Shown here piece after piece: positions 34,455 to 38,989 of a stretch of DNA of 38,989 bases. The DNA lies in the NCBI RefSeq assembly GCF_001194135.2, contig NC_069008.1:2511626-2550614 (forward strand), read 5' to 3'. Position 1 is the first letter of the stretch; every line of letters begins with the position of its first letter. Made by a program: the position numbers and the translations under genes. The DNA comes from Octopus bimaculoides. Its lineage: Eukaryota. The notes under the pieces are model-generated. The model was not told where the DNA came from. It was given only the letters and a program-made list of their open reading frames with translations, and searched no databases.

Positions 34455-35128
34455 ACCCCCCCCCCCCTTTGGTCACAAATGACCATGGGATTGTACCTAG
34501 AAAGTTACCCTCCAAGTTTCTGGAAGACCAGCAGTCACCCATGCATACTAGCCCCTCCTCTCCACGCCACCGATGTTATCCAAGGGAAAGGCAAAGGGGC
34601 CGATACAGCTTGGCACCTGTGACGTCACAACTCATTTCTACAGCTGAGTGAACTGGAGCAACGTGAAATAAAGTGTCTTGCTCAAGAACACAACACAGCC
34701 CGGTCTGGGAATTGAACTCACTACTTCAGGATTGTGAGCACGATGCTGTAACCATTGAGCCATCCACCTTCACATATATACACAAGGGTGAAGACCCCTT
34801 TTGGTGTTAACTGACCATAGGATTGCACCTAGAATGTTCCCCCTCCAAGGCACAAGTTCAGGCTAGGTTGTTTATGGAAGACCAGAGTCGCCCATGAATA
34901 CCAGCCTTCCCCTCTCCACGCCACTAGTGTTATCCAAGGGAAACGCAAAGGGGCCGATACAGTTTGGTACCTGTGACGTCGCAACTTATTTCTACAGCTG
35001 AGTGAAGTGGAGCAAGGTGAAATAAAGTGTCTTGCTCAAGAACACAACACGCAGCCCGGTCTGGTAATTGAACTCACTACCTCATGGTTACCAGCCCAAC
35101 ACTATAACCGCTGAGCCATGTGCTTTTA
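34455..35128 (-). mobile_element. Two tandem SINE C copies (34455-34772 and 34785-35128)
   Basis: Each unit reads GACCAT(G/A)GGATTG...GTTATCCAAGGGAAA...CTACAGCTGAGTGAA...GTGTCTTGCTCAAGAACACAAC...TGAGCCAT. Confidence 0.88.
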
Positions 35129-35129
35129 C

Positions 35130-35450
35130 TTACACACAGCCTCCCACCTCATAGCTGTCCATCACATGCACTGATACGGACATGTCCTCCATCCCCCACT
35201 AGGTCATCCTACCAGGTCTTTACTCATTCATCTCAGGAGTTGTGGGCTGGAAGAGGCCTCGTGGTAAGCCCCTACCAGATAGCTGGACATGATTGGGGAA
35301 GATCTCCAGAGGCTCGATGTCACCCTTGGAAGATGCAGAGAGGGGCTGGCATGAGACCACCAATGATAGAGAGCACTGGTGGACCTGGTCAGCTCTACAC
35401 ATGTCTCTGGGACCATTAACCTGGGATGACCCCGACCCCATGAAGCAAGC
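35130..35450 (+). mobile_element. RTE-clade LINE 3' end fragment
   Basis: *YGHVLHPPLGHPTRSLL...GWKRPRGKP/TR*LDMIGEDLQRLDVT/LEDAER...NDREHW matches the RTE WYGHVxR...GxRPRGRPxxRWxDxI...DRxxW terminus; short GCAA tail. Confidence 0.75.
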
Positions 35451-35574
35451 AAGCATATATATATATATACATACATATATGCATAGATGAAAGCACATAG
35501 CCTAGTGGTTAGCGTGTTGCATTGATGATCACTAAATTATGGGTTCAATTTCCAGACTGGATGGGGCATTGTGT

Positions 35575-36085
35575 CGATTAGATCGACCCCAGTATGCAAC
35601 TGGTACTTTATCGACCTGGAAAGGATGAAAGGCAAAGTCGACCTCGGTGGAATTTGAACTCAGAACGTAAAGACAGACGAAATACCATTAAGCATTTTGT
35701 CCAGCATGCTAACCATTCTGCCAGCCCGTCGTCTTTGCCCTTTCTATATTCTTTTCTACTCTAGACACAAAGCCTGAAAGGATGAAAGGCAAAGTCGACC
35801 TCGAGGGAGTTTGAACTCAGAATATTAAGACAGACGATATACCGCTAAGCATTTCACCCGGCGTGCTAACATTTCTGCCAGCTTGCCCTCTTAGTAAACC
35901 TCAATATTCATAGAAATAAGGTGATAAACTGACAGAATCATTAGCATGCCAGGTCTTTGCAATTCTGGATTCGAATTCTACCAAGGTGAATTTTGCCTTT
36001 CATCCTTTCAGGGTCCATAAAATAATTACTGGGGTGAATGTAATTAACTTACCCCTTGCACAGAGATTGCTGACCCTGTTCTTAA
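35575..36085. mobile_element. SINE B cluster: two reverse copies (about 35575-35730 and 35775-35890) and one forward copy (about 35925-36085)
   Basis: GAAAGGATGAAAGGCAAAGTCGACCTCG occurs twice, then TTTTGCCTTTCATCCTTTC on the + strand. Confidence 0.8.
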
Positions 36086-36317
36086 TTTCAAACCATTATT
36101 GTTGCAAGCTGAAGATTAAATTTATTAAGTCAGTGTTTCTTAAACTATCTGATGTGACGTACTGGCATTTTTTTTCTTTTTCCAATGTGCCAGGAACCGG
36201 TAATATTTCTTAGTAATATTAATTTATACCAGAAACAATATATATATATATATATATATAATGAACATAATAAAAGTTGACCATCTTTTTAATCTTATAT
36301 TTATTTTGTAAACAAAT

Positions 36318-36983
36318 AGGTGCAGGAGTAGCTGTGTGGTAAGTAGCTTGCTTACCAACCACATGGTCCCGGGTTCAGTCCCACTGCATGGCACCTTGGG
36401 CAAGGGTCTTCTACTATAGCCTCAGGCCGACCAAAGCCTTGTGAGTGGATTTGGTAGACAGAAACGGGAAGAAACCCGTTGTATATGTATATGTATATAT
36501 ATGTATGTGTGTGTATATGTTTGTGTGTCTGTTTGCCCCCCCCCAACATTGCTGGACCATCGATGCTGGTGTGTTTACGTCCCCGTAACTTAGCGGTTCG
36601 GCAAAAGGAAACTGTTTTTTTACTTGTTTCAGTCATTTGACTGCAGCCATGCTGGAGCACCGTCTTTAGTTGAACAAATCAACACAAGAGTTTATTCTTT
36701 GTAAGCGTTGTATTTATTCTATCGGTCTCTCTTGCCAAACCGCTAAGTTATGAGGGATGTAAACATCCCCAACATTAGTTGTCAAGTGATGGTGGAAGGA
36801 CACACAAATATATTTTTGTATATTTATGAGGGGCTTCTTTCAGTTTCCGTCTACCAAATCCACTTGCAAGGCTTTGGTTGGCCTGAGGCTACAGTAGAAA
36901 ACACTTACCCAAGTGCCATGCAGTGGGACTGAACCTAGAACCATGTGGTTGAGAAGCAAGTTTCTTACCACACAGCCATAGCT
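36318..36983. mobile_element. Convergent SINE A pair: 36318-36614 (+) and 36617-36983 (-)
   Basis: The + copy stops at GGTTCGGCAAAAGG. The - copy begins with TTACTTGTTTCAGTCATTTGAC and ends with CTTACCACACAGCC. Confidence 0.88.
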
Positions 36984-37409
36984 GTGAATCTGAGTTTCTG
37001 GACAGTAATGTGTTCAATACTCGTTCAGTGAGTTTTGAGCAAATTACTGTTGTGAATGTACATATTCTGTAATTCTGTCATCTTATATATATACTAGGCG
37101 ACCCTGTACCATCAAAAATGATGGCTAATTGTCATCACCATCCAGTGTTTTAAATCCAGATTTTGTTCTCGTTAACCAGGGTGGCCAGATTTACCTCAAT
37201 GCCATAGCAACCACCCTCACACCATCTCACCATCTTGCTCTGTTTTGGTCTTCTACCTATTTGAATTTGGCCATACACCAGATAACATGTTAAGTCTTAG
37301 GTTCAGAAATTTAAATTTTGAATTTGTTTTAATTATAAAATTACACCTCAGCTAAAAAAACATCTTTTGACTTTCAAAAACAACCTTTTCTTTCTCTTTC
37401 TGTATTTTT

Positions 37410-38353
37410 TGTTAAGTTACAATTTCTCTGTTTTGGTCAGGATTTTTTCCAATTTCTTTTTTCTTGCACCGAGTAATGGACAAAAGCATTACAAAAAAAA
37501 GAATAATAAATTCATAGAGCCGAACAAAATCAAAAATAGTAATTCTATTTTTTTTCCTTTACTTTTTACTTTGCCTCTATATAATTAATTACCGTATCAT
37601 ATATACTGTGTCCTTGCACATTAGGTGAGTATTTCAGAAATATTTTCACCTTTTAAACAAAAACTGTTTAATGTATTTGTATATGTTTGTTTTCAATTGA
37701 NNNNNNNNNNNNNNNNNNNNNNNNNNNNNNNNNNNNNNNNNNNNNNNNNNNNNNNNNNNNNNNNNNNNNNNNNNNNNNNNNNNNNNNNNNNNNNNNNNNN
37801 NNNNNNNNNNNNNNNNNNNNNNNNNNNNNNNNNNNNNNNNNNNNNNNNNNNNNNNNNNNNNNNNNNNNNNNNNNNNNNNNNNNNNNNNNNNNNNNNNNNN
37901 NNNNNNNNNNNNNNNNNNNNNNNNNNNNNNNNNNNNNNNNNNNNNNNNNNNNNNNNNNNNNNNNNNNNNNNNNNNNNNNNNNNNNNNNNATATATATGTG
38001 TGTGTGTGTGTGTGCACGATAATAAGTGTCATGTGGTAGAAATAAATGCAACTTTTTCTATATTTTTTGGTTAAGTTAGAATTTCTCTGTTTGTATCAGG
38101 ATTTTTTCCAGTTTCTTTTTTCTTGTATCAAGCAATTGACAAAAGCATTTTTAAAAAATTAAATTCATAGGGCTGAACAAAATCAAAAATAGTAATTCTA
38201 TTTTTTTTCCTTTACTTTTTACTTTGCCTCTATATAATTAATTACCGTATCATATATACTGTGTCCTTGCACATTAGGTGAGTATTTCAGAAATATTTTC
38301 ACCTTTTAAACAAAAACTGTTTAATGTATTTGTATATGTTTGTTTTCAATTGA
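37410..38353. repeat. Direct duplication across an N gap
   Basis: 37522-37700 is identical to 38175-38353 (179 bp); the ~110 bp upstream of each copy are similar but diverged. Confidence 0.9.
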
Positions 38354-38589
38354 AACATTCTGAATCATTTTGGAGATTTATAGCTTTAGTAACAAGCTTT
38401 AAAATATGGATAATCACATGAGGGACGCAGCACAAGAGCATCAGCGTAGAAGGAGAGAATGGTTGTGGGAGGAACGGAGGGTGGAAATAAGGAATCAAAA
38501 TCACACGAGGGTGAGACAGAAGAAACGAAATAAGCCATGAGGAGAGGGAGCATACCCTACAGCATGGAAGGGATAGAAATTAGGCAAAA

Positions 38590-38731
38590 AGTTGAAAATT
38601 TGTTTGGCCCATGACAATGCATAGATCCTAAGTAAAGCATGTGTAAAATTTGAATGAAATCCGTTGGGTCATCCTTGAGTTTTAGTGAGGCACACATACA
38701 GATACACATTCTCAGTTTTATATATATAGAC
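38590..38731 (+). mobile_element. Possible non-autonomous Helitron/Helentron-like 3' end
   Basis: GTGTAAAATTTGAATGAAATCCG...ACACATACAGATACAC...TTTTATATATATAGA resembles invertebrate HINE-type ends as I recall them; no 5' end could be verified. Confidence 0.3.
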
Positions 38732-38989
38732 TGTGTGTGTCCATGGGAAGAGCCATTTTAACGATGCGTCCTGCCCTACTCTTTGAAACGCCGGTGTTAG
38801 AATGGGGGTAGCTGATGAAGGAAAATGTTCTCTATGTGGCCTGTGTGTTTTCTGTACTCTGGTTATTATTATTTTCTTGTCTACGTTTTGTTTGCAATGT
38901 CCTGTACCCAGATATGCACCTATATATACAGGTAGACGTAGGTATGCACATACCTGTACGTATATATGCATATACTCATTTATTATATA

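Noticed and set aside
37180-37293. Candidate Rab10 terminal exon GGQIYLNAI...HQITC* after ttaaccag
   Set aside because: It is hydrophobic, unlike a Rab hypervariable tail, and ends in a single Cys rather than CC, CXC or CaaX. The start CAGGGTGGCCAGATT looks more like a hAT-type transposon terminus.

Overview
AT-rich, microsatellite- and SINE-saturated eukaryotic genomic DNA with about 3.6 kb of N gaps. The repeat families match what I recall from Octopus assemblies; that assignment is an inference and was not checked. The only host gene I can support is Rab10 on the + strand. Three internal coding exons are present (21385-21523, 29159-29248, 30882-30983), all with AG/GT splice sites, and they splice in frame to (W)[21 protein letters not shown]...NKCDM...ETSAK...ILNK. 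The N-terminal exons and the C-terminal prenylation exon were not found. The rest is intronic or flanking DNA: at least three tRNA-derived SINE families (my labels A, B, C), a (GAT)n-tailed family (D) that this window shows to be an RTE-LINE 3' end, RTE and CR1-like LINE remnants, an internally deleted mariner, a TTAA-flanked MITE, and simple or compound repeats. Nearly all ORF-track entries are microsatellite or SINE artefacts. The most interesting signal is a set of minimal type I hammerhead-ribozyme motifs with palindromic helix III, as in Penelope-like elements and retrozymes. The best lies inside a 215-bp unit with inverted termini (10636-10850), a second is at 1049-1088, and a decayed one is at 5467-5497. 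Hammerheads of this class are known, so any novelty would be the carrier element, not the ribozyme fold. Several inverted repeat pairs could also fold the Rab10 pre-mRNA, including one pair that brackets an in-frame 90-nt exon. No database search or folding computation was run, and repeat boundaries are approximate to about 10 bp.
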